Positions 1 to 12,994 of a DNA stretch of 64,000 bases are shown piece by piece. This stretch comes from Auanema rhodensis. Its lineage: Eukaryota; Animalia; Nematoda. Position 1 is the stretch's first letter. Each line of letters begins with the position of its first letter. The notes beneath the pieces were generated by a model. That model saw only the letters and a program-made list of their open reading frames with translations, was not told the origin of the DNA and ran no database searches. Both the position numbers and the translations under genes were made by a program. The stretch is taken from the NCBI GenBank assembly GCA_964057225.1, contig OZ059898.1:9734001-9798000 (forward strand), in the 5' to 3' direction.

Positions 1-3000
1 GTTTACTTATTTGATTATAATACTTGAAATTCCAAAAACAGTAGAATAAAATTGAGAAAGCGACAAAAACAGTTGAACGATTTGAAGAGAATTGTAAGTT
101 TTAGAAAATAATTAAAAATTAGTTCTCTCTACTATTAACTGATTGTCGGCTAAAATATGGTAACAGTTTTTATAAAAAGTTTCCATGATTAGGATTAAAC
201 AAAAAAAAGAATTAAAGAGAAACACTTTTTGTTTACTTATTTGATTATAATACTTGAAATTCCAAAAACAGTAGAATAAAATTGAGAAAGCGACAAAAAC
301 AGTTGAACGATTTGAAGAGAATTGTAAGTTTTAGAAAATAATTAAAAATTAGTTCTCTCTACTATTAACTGATTGTCGGCTAAAATATGGTAACAGTTTT
401 TATAAAAAGGTTCCATGATTAGGACTAAACAAAAAAAAGAATCAAAAAGAAACACTTCTTGTTTACTTACTTGATTATAATACTTGAAATTCCAAAAACA
501 GTAAAATAAAATTGAGAAAGCGACAAAAACAGTTGAACGATTTGAAGACAATTGTAAGTTTTAGAAAAGAATTAAAGTTCAGCTATCTCTACTATTAACT
601 GACTATCGGCTAAAATAAGGTAACAGTTTTTATTGAAAGTTTCCATGATTAAGATTAAACAAAGAAAAAAATCAGAGAGAAACACTTCTTGTTTACTTAC
701 TTGATTATAATACTTGAAATGCCAACAAAAGTAAAGTAAAACTGTTAAAGCGAGTAAAACTGTTGAACAATTTGAAGACAATTGTAAGTTTAAGAAAAGA
801 ATTAAAGTTTAGCTTTGTCTACTATTAACTGAATGTCGGCTAAAATATGGTAACAGTTTTTATCAAAAGTTTCCATGATTAAGATTAAACAAAGAAAAAA
901 AATCAAAAAGAAACACTTCTTGTTTACTTACTTGATTATAATACTTGAAATTCCAAAAACAGTAGAATAAAATTGAGAAAGCGACAAAAACAGTTGAACG
1001 ATTTGAAGAGAATTGTAAGTTGAAGAAAAAATTAAAGTTTAGCTCTCTCTACTATTAACTGAATGTCGGCTAAAATATAGTAACAGTTTTTATTAAAAGT
1101 TTCCATGATTAAGATTAAACAAAGAAAAAAAATCAAAGAAAAACACTTCTTGTTTACTAATTTGATCATAACACTTGAAATGCCAACAAAAGTAAAGTAA
1201 AACTGTTAAAGCGAGTAAAACTGTTGAACAATTTGAAGACAATTGTAAGTTGAAGAAAAAAATTAAAGTTTAGCTCTCTCTACTATTAACTGAATGTCGG
1301 CTAAAATATGGTAACAGTTTTTATCAAAAGTTTCCATGATTAAGATTGAACAAAGAAAAAAAATCAAAAAGAAACACTTCTTGTTTACTTACTTGATTAT
1401 AATACTTGAAATTCCAAAAACAGTAGAATAAAATAGAGAAAACGACAAAAACAGTTGAACGATTTGAAGACAATTGTAAGTTTTAGAAAATAATTAAAAA
1501 TTAGTTCTCTCTACTATTAACTGATTGTCGGCTAAAATATGGTAACAGTTTTTATAAAAAGGTTCCATGATTAGGACTAAACAAAAAAAAGAATCAAAAA
1601 GAAACACTTCTTGTTTACTTACTTGATTATAATACTTGAAATTCAAAAAAAAGTAAAAAACAATTGAGAAAGCGACATAAACAGTTGAAAGATTTGAAGA
1701 GAATTGTAAGTTTCAGAAAAGAATTAAAGTTCAGCTATCTCTACTTTTAACTGATTAACGGCTAAAATAAGGTAACAGTTTTTATTGAAAGTTTCCGTGA
1801 TTGAGATTAAACAAAAAAAAAAATCAAAGAGAAACACTTCTTGTTTACTTACTTGATTATAATACTTGAAATTCCAAAAACAGTAGAATAAAATAGAGAA
1901 AACGACAAAAACAGTTGAACGATTTGAAGACAATTGTAAGTTTTAGAAAATAATTAAAAATTAGTTCTCTCTACTATTAACTGATTGTCGGCTAAAATAT
2001 GGTAACAGTTTTTATAAAAAGTTTCCATGATTAGGATTAAACAAAAAAAAGAATTAAAGAGAAACACTTTTTGTTTACTTATTTGATTATAATACTTGAA
2101 TTTCCAAAAACAGTAGAATAAAATTGAGAAAGCGACAAAAACAGTTGAACGATTTGAAGAGAATTGTAAGTTTTAGAAAAGAATTAAAGTTCAGCTATCT
2201 CTACTATTAACTGATTAACGGCTAAAATAAGGTAACAGTTTTTATTGAAAGTTTCCGTGATTGAGATAACACAAAGAAAAAAAAATCAAAGAGAAACACT
2301 TCCTTCTTGTTTACTTATTTGATTATAACACTTGAAATTCCAACAAAAGTAAAGTAAAACTGTTAAAGCGAGTAAAACTGTTGAACGATTTGAAGACAAT
2401 TGTAAGTTTAAGAAAAGAATTAAAGTTTAGCTTTGTCTACTATTAACTGATTATCGGCTGAAATATGGTGACAGTTTTTTTTTAAAAGTTTTCATGATTA
2501 GGATTAAACAAAAAAAAGAATCAAAAAGAAACACTTCTTGTTTACTTATTTGATTATAATACTTGAAATTCCAAAAACAGTAGAATAAAATTGAGAAAGC
2601 GACAAAAACAGTTGAACGATTTGAAGAGAATTGTAAGTTTTAGAAAATAATTAAAAATTAGTTCTCTCTACTATTAACTGATTGTCGGCTAAAATATGGT
2701 AACAGTTTTTATAAAAAGTTTCCATGATTAGGATTAAACAAAAAAAGAATTAAAGAGAAACACTTTTTGTTTACTTATTTGATTATAATACTTGAAATTC
2801 CAAAAACAGTAGAATAAAATTGAGAAAGCGACAAAAACAGTTGAACGATTTGAAGAGAATTGTAAGTTTTAGAAAAGAATTAAAGTTCAGCTTTCTCTAC
2901 TATTAACTGATTATCGGCTAAAATAAGGTAACAGTTTTTATTGAAAGTTTCCATGATTAAGATTAAACAAAAAAAAAAATCAAAGAGAAACACTTCTTGT

Positions 3001-3116
3001 TTACTAATTTGATTATAACACTTGAAAATCCAACAAAAGTAAAAAAAAAACTGTGAAAGCGGGTAAAACTGTTGAACTATAACAGTCTTTATAAAATATA
3101 AATGATATTTTTTTAT

Positions 3117-3120
3117 AAAA
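3117..3120 (-). terminator. Pol III oligo-dT terminator (T4), representative of the tRNA copies
   Basis: Minus strand reads ...GATGCA-ACTTCAC-TTTT, so TTTT begins 7 nt after the discriminator base. A second TTTT lies at 3093-3096. Confidence 0.75.
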
Positions 3121-3127
3121 GTGAAGT

Positions 3128-3198
3128 TGCATCGGCCGGGAATCGAACCCGGGTCGCCCGCGTGGCAGGCGAGCATTCTACCACTGAACCACCGATGC
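3128..3198 (-). tRNA. trnG: tRNA-Gly(GCC)
   Basis: Minus strand GCATCGGTGGTTCAGTGGTAGAATGCTCGCCTGCCACGCGGGCGACCCGGGTTCGATTCCCGGCCGATGCA: 71 nt, full cloverleaf, anticodon GCC, A and B boxes, no encoded CCA. This is the array consensus. Confidence 0.97.
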
Positions 3199-3249
3199 TT
3201 CGAAAATGTTAGATTGTTTCCGAAAAATTATGAAAAGTCAAGTTCTACT
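3199..3249 (-). promoter_or_regulatory. Conserved 51-bp 5' flank of the tRNA gene with an AT-rich block near -25 to -38 (putative TFIIIB loading region); representative copy
   Basis: Minus strand AGTAGAACTTGACTTTTCATAATTTTTCGGAAACAATCTAACATTTTCGAA directly precedes G1 and is near-invariant across copies. Function is inferred from position only. Confidence 0.4.
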
Positions 3250-5605
3250 GATTTGAAGAGAATTGTAAGTTTTAGAAAATAATTAAAAATTAGTTCTCTC
3301 TACTATTAACTGATTGTCGGCTAAAATATGGTAACAGTTTTAATAAAAAGTTTCCATGATTAGGATTAAACAAAAAAAAAGAATTAAAGAGAAACACTTT
3401 TTGTTTACTTACTTGATTATAATACTTGAAATTCAAAAAAAAGTAAAAAACAATTGAGAAAGCGACATAAACAGTTGAACGATTTGAAGAGAATTGTAAG
3501 TTTCAGAAAAGAATTAAAGTTCAGCTATCTCTACTATTAACTGATTATCGGCTAAAATAAGGTAACAGTTTTTATTGAAAGTTTCCATGATTGAGATTAA
3601 ACAAAGAAAAAAATCAAAGAGAAACACTTCTTGTTTACTAATTTGATCATAACACTTGAAATGCCAACAAAAGTAAAGTAAAACTGTTAAAGCGAGTAAA
3701 ACTGTTGAACGATTTGAAGACAATTGTAAGTTGAAGAAAAAAATTAAAGTTTAGCTCTCTCTACTATTAACTGATTATCGGCTAAAATATAGTAACAGTT
3801 TTTATTAAAAGTTTCCATGATTAAGATTAAACAAAGAAAAAAAATCAAAGAAAAACACTTCTTGTTTACTAATTTGATCATAACACTTGAAATGCCAACA
3901 AAAGTAAAGTAAAACTGTTAAAGCGAGTAAAACTGTTGAACAATTTGAAGACAATTGTAAGTTGAAGAAAAAAATTAAAGTTTAGCTCTCTCTACTATTA
4001 ACTGAATGTCGGCTAAAATATGGTAACAGTTTTTATCAAAAGTTTCCATGATTAAGATTAAACAAAGAAAAAAAATCAAAAACAAACACTTCTTGTTTAC
4101 TTACTTGATTATAATACTTGAAATTCCAAAAACAGTAAAATAAAATTGAGAAAGCGACAAAAACAGTTGAACGATTTGAAGACAATTGTAAGTTTAAGAA
4201 AAGAATTAAAGTTTAGCTTTGTCTACTATTAACTGATTATCGGCTGAAATATGGTGACAGTTTTTTTTTAAAAGTTTTCATGATTAGGATTAAACAAAAA
4301 AAAGAATCAAAAAGAAACACTTCTTGTTTACTTATTTGATTATAACACTTGAAATTCCAACAAAAGTAAAGTAAAACTGTTAAAGCGAGTAAAACTGTTG
4401 AACGATTTGAAGACAATTGTAAGTTGAAGAAAAAAATTAAAGTTTAGCTCTCTCTACTATTAACTGATTATCGGCTAAAATATAGTAACAGTTTTTATTA
4501 AAAGTTTCCATGATTAAGATTAAACAAAGAAAAAAAATCAAAGAAAAACACTTCTTGTTTACTAATTTGATCATAACACTTGAAATGCCAACAAAAGTAA
4601 AGTAAAACTGTTAAAGCGAGTAAAACTGTTGAACAATTTGAAGACAATTGTAAGTTGAAGAAAAAAATTAAAGTTTAGCTCTCTCTACTATTAACTGAAT
4701 GTCGGCTAAAATATGGTAACAGTTTTAATAAAAAGTTTCCATGATTAGGATTAAACAAAAAAAAGAATTAAAGAGAAACACTTTTTGTTTACTTATTTGA
4801 TTATAATACTTGAAATTCCAAAAACAGTAAAATAAAATTGAGAAAGCGACAAAAACAGTTGAACGATTTGAAGACAATTGTAAGTTTAAGAAAAGAATTA
4901 AAGTTTAGCTTTGTCTACTATTAACTGATTATCGGCTGAAATATGGTGACAGTTTTTTTTTAAAAGTTTTCATGATTAGGATTAAACAAAAAAAAGAATC
5001 AAAAAGAAACACTTCTTGTTTACTTATTTGATTATAATACTTGAAATTTCAAAAACAGTAGAATAAAATTGAGAAAGCGACAAAAACAGTTGAACGATTT
5101 GAAGAGAATTGTAAGTTTTAGAAAATAATTAAAAATTAGTTCTCTCTACTATTAACTGATTGTCGGCTAAAATATGGTAACAGTTTTTATAAAAAGTTTC
5201 CATGATTAGGATTAAACAAAAAAAGAATTAAAGAGAAACACTTTTTGTTTACTTATTTGATTATAATACTTGAAATTCCAAAAACAGTAGAATAAAATTG
5301 AGAAAGCGACAAAAACAGTTGAACGATTTGAAGAGAATTGTAAGTTTTAGAAAAGAATTAAAGTTCAGCTTTCTCTACTATTAACTGATTATCGGCTAAA
5401 ATAAGGTAACAGTTTTTATTGAAAGTTTCCATGATTAAGATTAAACAAAAAAAAAAATCAAAGAGAAACACTTCTTGTTTACTAATTTGATTATAACACT
5501 TGAAAATCCAACAAAAGTAAAAAAAAAACTGTGAAAGCGGGTAAAACTGTTGAACTATAACAGTCTTTATAAAATATAAATGATATTTTTTTATAAAAGT
5601 GAAGT

Positions 5606-5676
5606 TGCATCGGCCGGGAATCGAACCCGGGTCGCCCGCGTGGCAGGCGAGCATTCTACCACTGAACCACCGATGC
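5606..5676 (-). tRNA. trnG: tRNA-Gly(GCC)
   Basis: Identical to consensus 71-mer. Confidence 0.97.
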
Positions 5677-8600
5677 TTCGAAAATGTTAGATTGTTTCCG
5701 AAAAATTATGAAAAGTCAAGTTCTACTGATTTGAAGAGAATTGTAAGTTTTAGAAAATAATTAAAAATTAGTTCTCTCTACTATTAACTGATTGTCGGCT
5801 AAAATATGGTAACAGTTTTAATAAAAAGTTTCCATGATTAGGATTAAACAAAAAAAAAGAATTAAAGAGAAACACTTTTTGTTTACTTACTTGATTATAA
5901 TACTTGAAATTCAAAAAAAAGTAAAAAACAATTGAGAAAGCGACATAAACAGTTGAACGATTTGAAGAGAATTGTAAGTTTCAGAAAAGAATTAAAGTTC
6001 AGCTATCTCTACTATTAACTGATTATCGGCTAAAATAAGGTAACAGTTTTTATTGAAAGTTTCCATGATTGAGATTAAACAAAGAAAAAAATCAAAGAGA
6101 AACACTTCTTGTTTACTAATTTGATCATAACACTTGAAATGCCAACAAAAGTAAAGTAAAACTGTTAAAGCGAGTAAAACTGTTGAACGATTTGAAGACA
6201 ATTGTAAGTTGAAGAAAAAAATTAAAGTTTAGCTCTCTCTACTATTAACTGATTATCGGCTAAAATATAGTAACAGTTTTTATTAAAAGTTTCCATGATT
6301 AAGATTAAACAAAGAAAAAAAATCAAAGAAAAACACTTCTTGTTTACTAATTTGATCATAACACTTGAAATGCCAACAAAAGTAAAGTAAAACTGTTAAA
6401 GCGAGTAAAACTGTTGAACAATTTGAAGACAATTGTAAGTTGAAGAAAAAAATTAAAGTTTAGCTCTCTCTACTATTAACTGAATGTCGGCTAAAATATG
6501 GTAACAGTTTTTATCAAAAGTTTCCATGATTAAGATTAAACAAAGAAAAAAAATCAAAAAGAAACACTTCTTGTTTACTTACTTGATTATAATACTTGAA
6601 ATTCCAAAAACAGTAAAATAAAATTGAGAAAGCGACAAAAACAGTTGAACGATTTGAAGACAATTGTAAGTTTAAGAAAAGAATTAAAGTTTAGCTTTGT
6701 CTACTATTAACTGATTATCGGCTGAAATATGGTGACAGTTTTTTTTTAAAAGTTTTCATGATTAGGATTAAACAAAAAAAAGAATCAAAAAGAAACACTT
6801 CTTGTTTACTTATTTGATTATAACACTTGAAATTCCAACAAAAGTAAAGTAAAACTGTTAAAGCGAGTAAAACTGTTGAACGATTTGAAGACAATTGTAA
6901 GTTGAAGAAAAAAATTAAAGTTTAGCTCTCTCTACTATTAACTGATTATCGGCTAAAATATAGTAACAGTTTTTATTAAAAGTTTCCATGATTAAGATTA
7001 AACAAAGAAAAAAAATCAAAGAAAAACACTTCTTGTTTACTAATTTGATCATAACACTTGAAATGCCAACAAAAGTAAAGTAAAACTGTTAAAGCGAGTA
7101 AAACTGTTGAACAATTTGAAGACAATTGTAAGTTGAAGAAAAAAATTAAAGTTTAGCTCTCTCTACTATTAACTGAATGTCGGCTAAAATATGGTAACAG
7201 TTTTGATAAAAAGTTTCCATGATTAGGATTAAACAAAAAAAAGAATTAAAGAGAAACACTTTTTGTTTACTTATTTGATTATAATACTTGAAATTCCAAA
7301 AACAGTAAAATAAAATTGAGAAAGCGACAAAAACAGTTGAACGATTTGAAGACAATTGTAAGTTTAAGAAAAGAATTAAAGTTTAGCTTTGTCTACTATT
7401 AACTGATTATCGGCTGAAATATGGTGACAGTTTTTTTTTAAAAGTTTTCATGATTAGGATTAAACAAAAAAAAGAATCAAAAAGAAACACTTCTTGTTTA
7501 CTTATTTGATTATAATACTTGAAATTTCAAAAACAGTAGAATAAAATTGAGAAAGCGACAAAAACAGTTGAACGATTTGAAGAGAATTGTAAGTTTTAGA
7601 AAAGAATTAAAGTTTAGCTCTCTCTACTATTAACTGACTATCGGCTAAAATAAGGTAACAGTTTTTATTGAAAGTTTCCATGATTGAGATTAAACAAAGA
7701 AAAAAATCAAAGAGAAACACTTCTTGTTTACTAATTTGATCATAACACTTGAAATGCCAACAAAAGTAAAGTAAAACTGTTAAAGCGAGTAAAACTGTTG
7801 AACGATTTGAAGACAATTGTAAGTTGAAGAAAAAAATTAAAGTTTAGCTCTCTCTACTATTAACTGATTATCGGCTAAAATATAGTAACAGTTTTTATTA
7901 AAAGTTTCCATGATTAAGATTAAACAAAGAAAAAAAATCAAAGAAAAACACTTCTTGTTTACTAATTTGATCATAACACTTGAAATGCCAACAAAAGTAA
8001 AGTAAAACTGTTAAAGCGAGTAAAACTGTTGAACAATTTGAAGACAATTGTAAGTTGAAGAAAAAAATTAAAGTTTAGCTCTCTCTACTATTAACTGAAT
8101 GTCGGCTAAAATATGGTAACAGTTTTTATCAAAAGTTTCCATGATTAAGATTAAACAAAGAAAAAAAATCAAAAAGAAACACTTCTTGTTTACTTACTTG
8201 ATTATAATACTTGAAATTCCAAAAACAGTAAAATAAAATTGAGAAAGCGACAAAAACAGTTGAACGATTTGAAGACAATTGTAAGTTTAAGAAAAGAATT
8301 AAAGTTTAGCTTTGTCTACTATTAACTGATTATCGGCTGAAATATGGTGACAGTTTTTTTTTAAAAGTTTTCATGATTAGGATTAAACAAAAAAAAGAAT
8401 CAAAAAGAAACACTTCTTGTTTACTTATTTGATTATAACACTTGAAATTCCAACAAAAGTAAAGTAAAACTGTTAAAGCGAGTAAAACTGTTGAACGATT
8501 TGAAGACAATTGTCAGTTGAAGAAAAAAATTAAAGTTTAGCTCTCTCTACTATTAACTGATTATCGGCTAAAATATAGTAACAGTTTTTATTAAAAGTTT

Positions 8601-10162
8601 CCATGATTAAGATTAAACAAGGAAAAAAAATCAAAGAAAAACACTTCTTGTTTACTAATTTGATCATAACACTTGAAATGCCAACAAAAGTAAAGTAAAA
8701 CTGTTAAAGCGAGTAAAACTGTTGAACAATTTGAAGACAATTGTAAGTTGAAGAAAAAAATTAAAGTTTAGCTCTCTCTACTATTACCTGAATGTCGGCT
8801 AAAATATGGTAACAGTTTTAATAAAAAGTTTCCATGATTAGGATTAAACAAAAAAAAGAATTAAAGAGAAACACTTTTTGTTTACTTATTTGATTATAAT
8901 ACTTGAAATTCCAAAAACAGTAAAATAAAATTGAGAAAGCGACAAAAACAGTTGAACGATTTGAAGACAATTGTAAGTTTAAGAAAAGAATTAAAGTTTA
9001 GCTTTGTCTACTATTAACTGATTATCGGCTGAAATATGGTGACAGTTTTTTTTTAAAAGTTTTCATGATTAGGATTAAACAAAAAAAAGAATCAAAAAGA
9101 AACACTTCTTGTTTACTTATTTGATTATAATACTTGAAATTTCAAAAACAGTAGAATAAAATTGAGAAAGCGACAAAAACAGTTGAACGATTTGAAGAGA
9201 ATTGTAAGTTTTAGAAAAGAATTAAAGTTTAGCTCTCTCTACTATTAACTGATTATCGGCTAAAATATAGTAACAGTTTTTATTAAAAGTTTCCATGATT
9301 AAGATTAAACAAAGAAAAAAAATCAAAGAAAAACACTTCTTGTTTACTAATTTGATCATAACACTTGAAATGCCAACAAAAGTAAAGTAAAACTGTTAAA
9401 GCGAGTAAAACTGTTGAACAATTTGAAGACAATTGTAAGTTGAAGAAAAAAATTAAAGTTTAGCTCTCTCTACTATTAACTGAATGTCGGCTAAAATATG
9501 GTAACAGTTTTTATCAAAAGTTTCCATGATTAAGATTAAACAAAGAAAAAAAATCAAAAAGAAACACTTCTTGTTTACTTACTTGATTATAATACTTGAA
9601 ATTCCAAAAACAGTAGAATAAAATAGAGAAAACGACAAAAACAGTTGAACGATTTGAAGACAATTGTAAGTTTTAGAAAATAATTAAAAATTAGTTCTCT
9701 CTACTATTAACTGATTGTCGGCTAAAATATGGTAACAGTTTTTATAAAAAGGTTCCATGATTAGGACTAAACAAAAAAAAGAATCAAAAAGAAACACTTC
9801 TTGTTTACTTACTTGATTATAATACTTGAAATTCAAAAAAAAGTAAAAAACAATTGAGAAAGCGACATAAACAGTTGAACGATTTGAAGAGAATTGTAAG
9901 TTTCAGAAAAGAATTAAAGTTCAGCTATCTCTACTTTTAACTGATTAACGGCTAAAATAAGGTAACAGTTTTTATTGAAAGTTTCCGTGATTGAGATTAA
10001 ACAAAGAAAAAAAAATCAAAGAGAAACACTTCTTGTTTACTTATTTGATTATAACACTTGAAAATCCAACAAAAGTAAAATAAAACTGTGAAAGCGGGTA
10101 AAACTGTTGAACTAAAACAGTCTTTATAAAATATAAATGATATATTTTTATAAAAGTGAAGT

Positions 10163-10233
10163 TGCATCGGCCGGGAATCGAACCCGGGTCACCCGCGTGG
10201 CAGGCGAGCATTCTACCACTGAACCACCGATGC
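10163..10233 (-). tRNA. trnG: tRNA-Gly(GCC), C44U variable-loop variant
   Basis: Consensus except gtcAccc (10191); all stems intact. Confidence 0.95.
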
Positions 10234-11261
10234 TTCGAAAATGTTAGATTGTTTCCGAAAAATTATGAAAAGTCAAGTTCTACTGATTTGAAGAGAATTG
10301 TAAGTTTTAGAAAATAATTAAAAATTAGTTCTCTCTACTATTAACTGATTAACGGCTAAAATAAGGTAACAGTTTTTATTGAAAGTTTCCGTGATTGAGA
10401 TAACACAAAGAAAAAAAAATCAAAGAGAAACACTTCCTTCTTGTTTACTTATTTGATTATAACACTTGAAATTCCAACAAAAGTAAAGTAAAACTGTTAA
10501 AGCGAGTAAAACTGTTGAACGATTTGAAGAGAATTGTAAGTTTTAGAAAAGAATTAAAGTTTAGCTTTGTCTACTATTAACTGATTATCGGCTGAAATAT
10601 GGTGACAGTTTTTTTTTAAAAGTTTTCATGATTAGGATTAAACAAAAAAAAGAATCAAAAAGAAACACTTCTTGTTTACTTATTTGATTATAATACTTGA
10701 AATTCCAAAAACAGTAGAATAAAATTGAGAAAGCGACAAAAACAGTTGAACGATTTGAAGAGAATTGTAAGTTTTAGAAAATAATTAAAAATTAGTTCTC
10801 TCTACTACTAACTGATTGTCGGCTAAAATATGGTAACAGTTTTTATAAAAAGTTTCCATGATTAGGATTAAACAAAAAAAGAATTAAAGAGAAACACTTT
10901 TTGTTTACTTATTTGATTATAATACTTGAAATTCCAAAAACAGTAGAATAAAATTGAGAAAGCGACAAAAACAGTTGAACGATTTGAAGAGAATTGTAAG
11001 TTTTAGAAAAGAATTAAAGTTCAGCTTTCTCTACTATTAACTGATTATCGGCTAAAATAAGGTAACAGTTTTTATTGAAAGTTTCCATGATTAAGATTAA
11101 ACAAAGAAAAAAATCAAAGAGAAACACTTCTTGTTTACTAATTTGATTATAACACTTGAAAATCCAACAAAAGTAAAAAAAAAACTGTGAAAGCGGGTAA
11201 AACTGTTGAACTATAACAGTCTTTATAAAATATAAATGATATTTTTTTATAAAAGTGAAGT

Positions 11262-11332
11262 TGCATCGGCCGGGAATCGAACCCGGGTCGCCCGCGTGGC
11301 AGGCGAGCATTCTACCACTGAACCACCGATGC
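11262..11332 (-). tRNA. trnG: tRNA-Gly(GCC)
   Basis: Identical to consensus. Confidence 0.97.
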
Positions 11333-11895
11333 TTCGAAAATGTTAGATTGTTTCCGAAAAATTATGAAAAGTCAAGTTCTACTGATTTGAAGAGAATTGT
11401 AAGTTTTAGAAAATAATTAAAAATTAGTTCTCTCTACTATTAACTGATTGTCGGCTAAAATATGGTAACAGTTTTTATAAAAAGGTTCCATGATTAGGAC
11501 TAAACAAAAAAAAGAATCAAAAAGAAACACTTCTTGTTTACTTACTTGATTATAATACTTGAAATTCAAAAAAAAGTAAAAAACAATTGAGAAAGCGACA
11601 TAAACAGTTGAACGATTTGAAGAGAATTGTAAGTTTCAGAAAAGAATTAAAGTTCAGCTATCTCTACTTTTAACTGATTAACGGCTAAAATAAGGTAACA
11701 GTTTTTATTGAAAGTTTCCGTGATTGAGATTAAACAAAGAAAAAAAAATCAAAGAGAAACACTTCTTGTTTACTTATTTGATTATAACACTTGAAAATCC
11801 AACAAAAGTAAAATAAAACTGTGAAAGCGGGTAAAACTGTTGAACTAAAACAGTCTTTATAAAATATAAATGATATATTTTTATAAAAGTGAAGT

Positions 11896-11966
11896 TGCAT
11901 CGGCCGGGAATCGAACCCGGGTCACCCGCGTGGCAGGCGAGCATTCTACCACTGAACCACCGATGC
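11896..11966 (-). tRNA. trnG: tRNA-Gly(GCC), C44U variant
   Basis: Consensus except gtcAccc. Confidence 0.95.
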
Positions 11967-12994
11967 TTCGAAAATGTTAGATTGTTTCCGAAAAATTATG
12001 AAAAGTCAAGTTCTACTGATTTGAAGAGAATTGTAAGTTTTAGAAAATAATTAAAAATTAGTTCTCTCTACTATTAACTGATTAACGGCTAAAATAAGGT
12101 AACAGTTTTTATTGAAAGTTTCCGTGATTGAGATAACACAAAGAAAAAAAAATCAAAGAGAAACACTTCCTTCTTGTTTACTTATTTGATTATAACACTT
12201 GAAATTCCAACAAAAGTAAAGTAAAACTGTTAAAGCGAGTAAAACTGTTGAACGATTTGAAGAGAATTGTAAGTTTTAGAAAAGAATTAAAGTTTAGCTT
12301 TGTCTACTATTAACTGATTATCGGCTGAAATATGGTGACAGTTTTTTTTTAAAAGTTTTCATGATTAGGATTAAACAAAAAAAAGAATCAAAAAGAAACA
12401 CTTCTTGTTTACTTATTTGATTATAATACTTGAAATTCCAAAAACAGTAGAATAAAATTGAGAAAGCGACAAAAACAGTTGAACGATTTGAAGAGAATTG
12501 TAAGTTTTAGAAAATAATTAAAAATTAGTTCTCTCTACTACTAACTGATTGTCGGCTAAAATATGGTAACAGTTTTTATAAAAAGTTTCCATGATTAGGA
12601 TTAAACAAAAAAAGAATTAAAGAGAAACACTTTTTGTTTACTTATTTGATTATAATACTTGAAATTCCAAAAACAGTAGAATAAAATTGAGAAAGCGACA
12701 AAAACAGTTGAACGATTTGAAGAGAATTGTAAGTTTTAGAAAAGAATTAAAGTTCAGCTTTCTCTACTATTAACTGATTATCGGCTAAAATAAGGTAACA
12801 GTTTTTATTGAAAGTTTCCATGATTAAGATTAAACAAAGAAAAAAATCAAAGAGAAACACTTCTTGTTTACTAATTTGATTATAACACTTGAAAATCCAA
12901 CAAAAGTAAAAAAAAAACTGTGAAAGCGGGTAAAACTGTTGAACTATAACAGTCTTTATAAAATATAAATGATATTTTTTTATAAAAGTGAAGT

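Larger units (their letters stand above)
3078..3249 (-). repeat. 172-bp tRNA cassette (representative copy) embedded in a satellite monomer
   Basis: Empty monomers read GTTGAAC|GATTTGAAG. Filled monomers read GTTGAAC[TATAACAGTC...tRNA...AAGTTCTACT]GATTTGAAG. Confidence 0.92.
2400..7570. repeat. Higher-order repeat, 2478-bp period (10 monomers, 1 tRNA), ~2 copies; boundaries approximate
   Basis: tRNA 3128->5606 and ORF-track echoes 2880->5358 and 3514->5992 are all offset by 2478. Confidence 0.8.

Noticed and set aside
3078-3249. tRNA-derived SINE or other mobile element inserted repeatedly
   Set aside because: The tRNA is intact with an immediate T4 terminator and retained upstream flank. 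There is no SINE body, 3' tail, TSD or terminal inverted repeat, and the site is identical in every copy.
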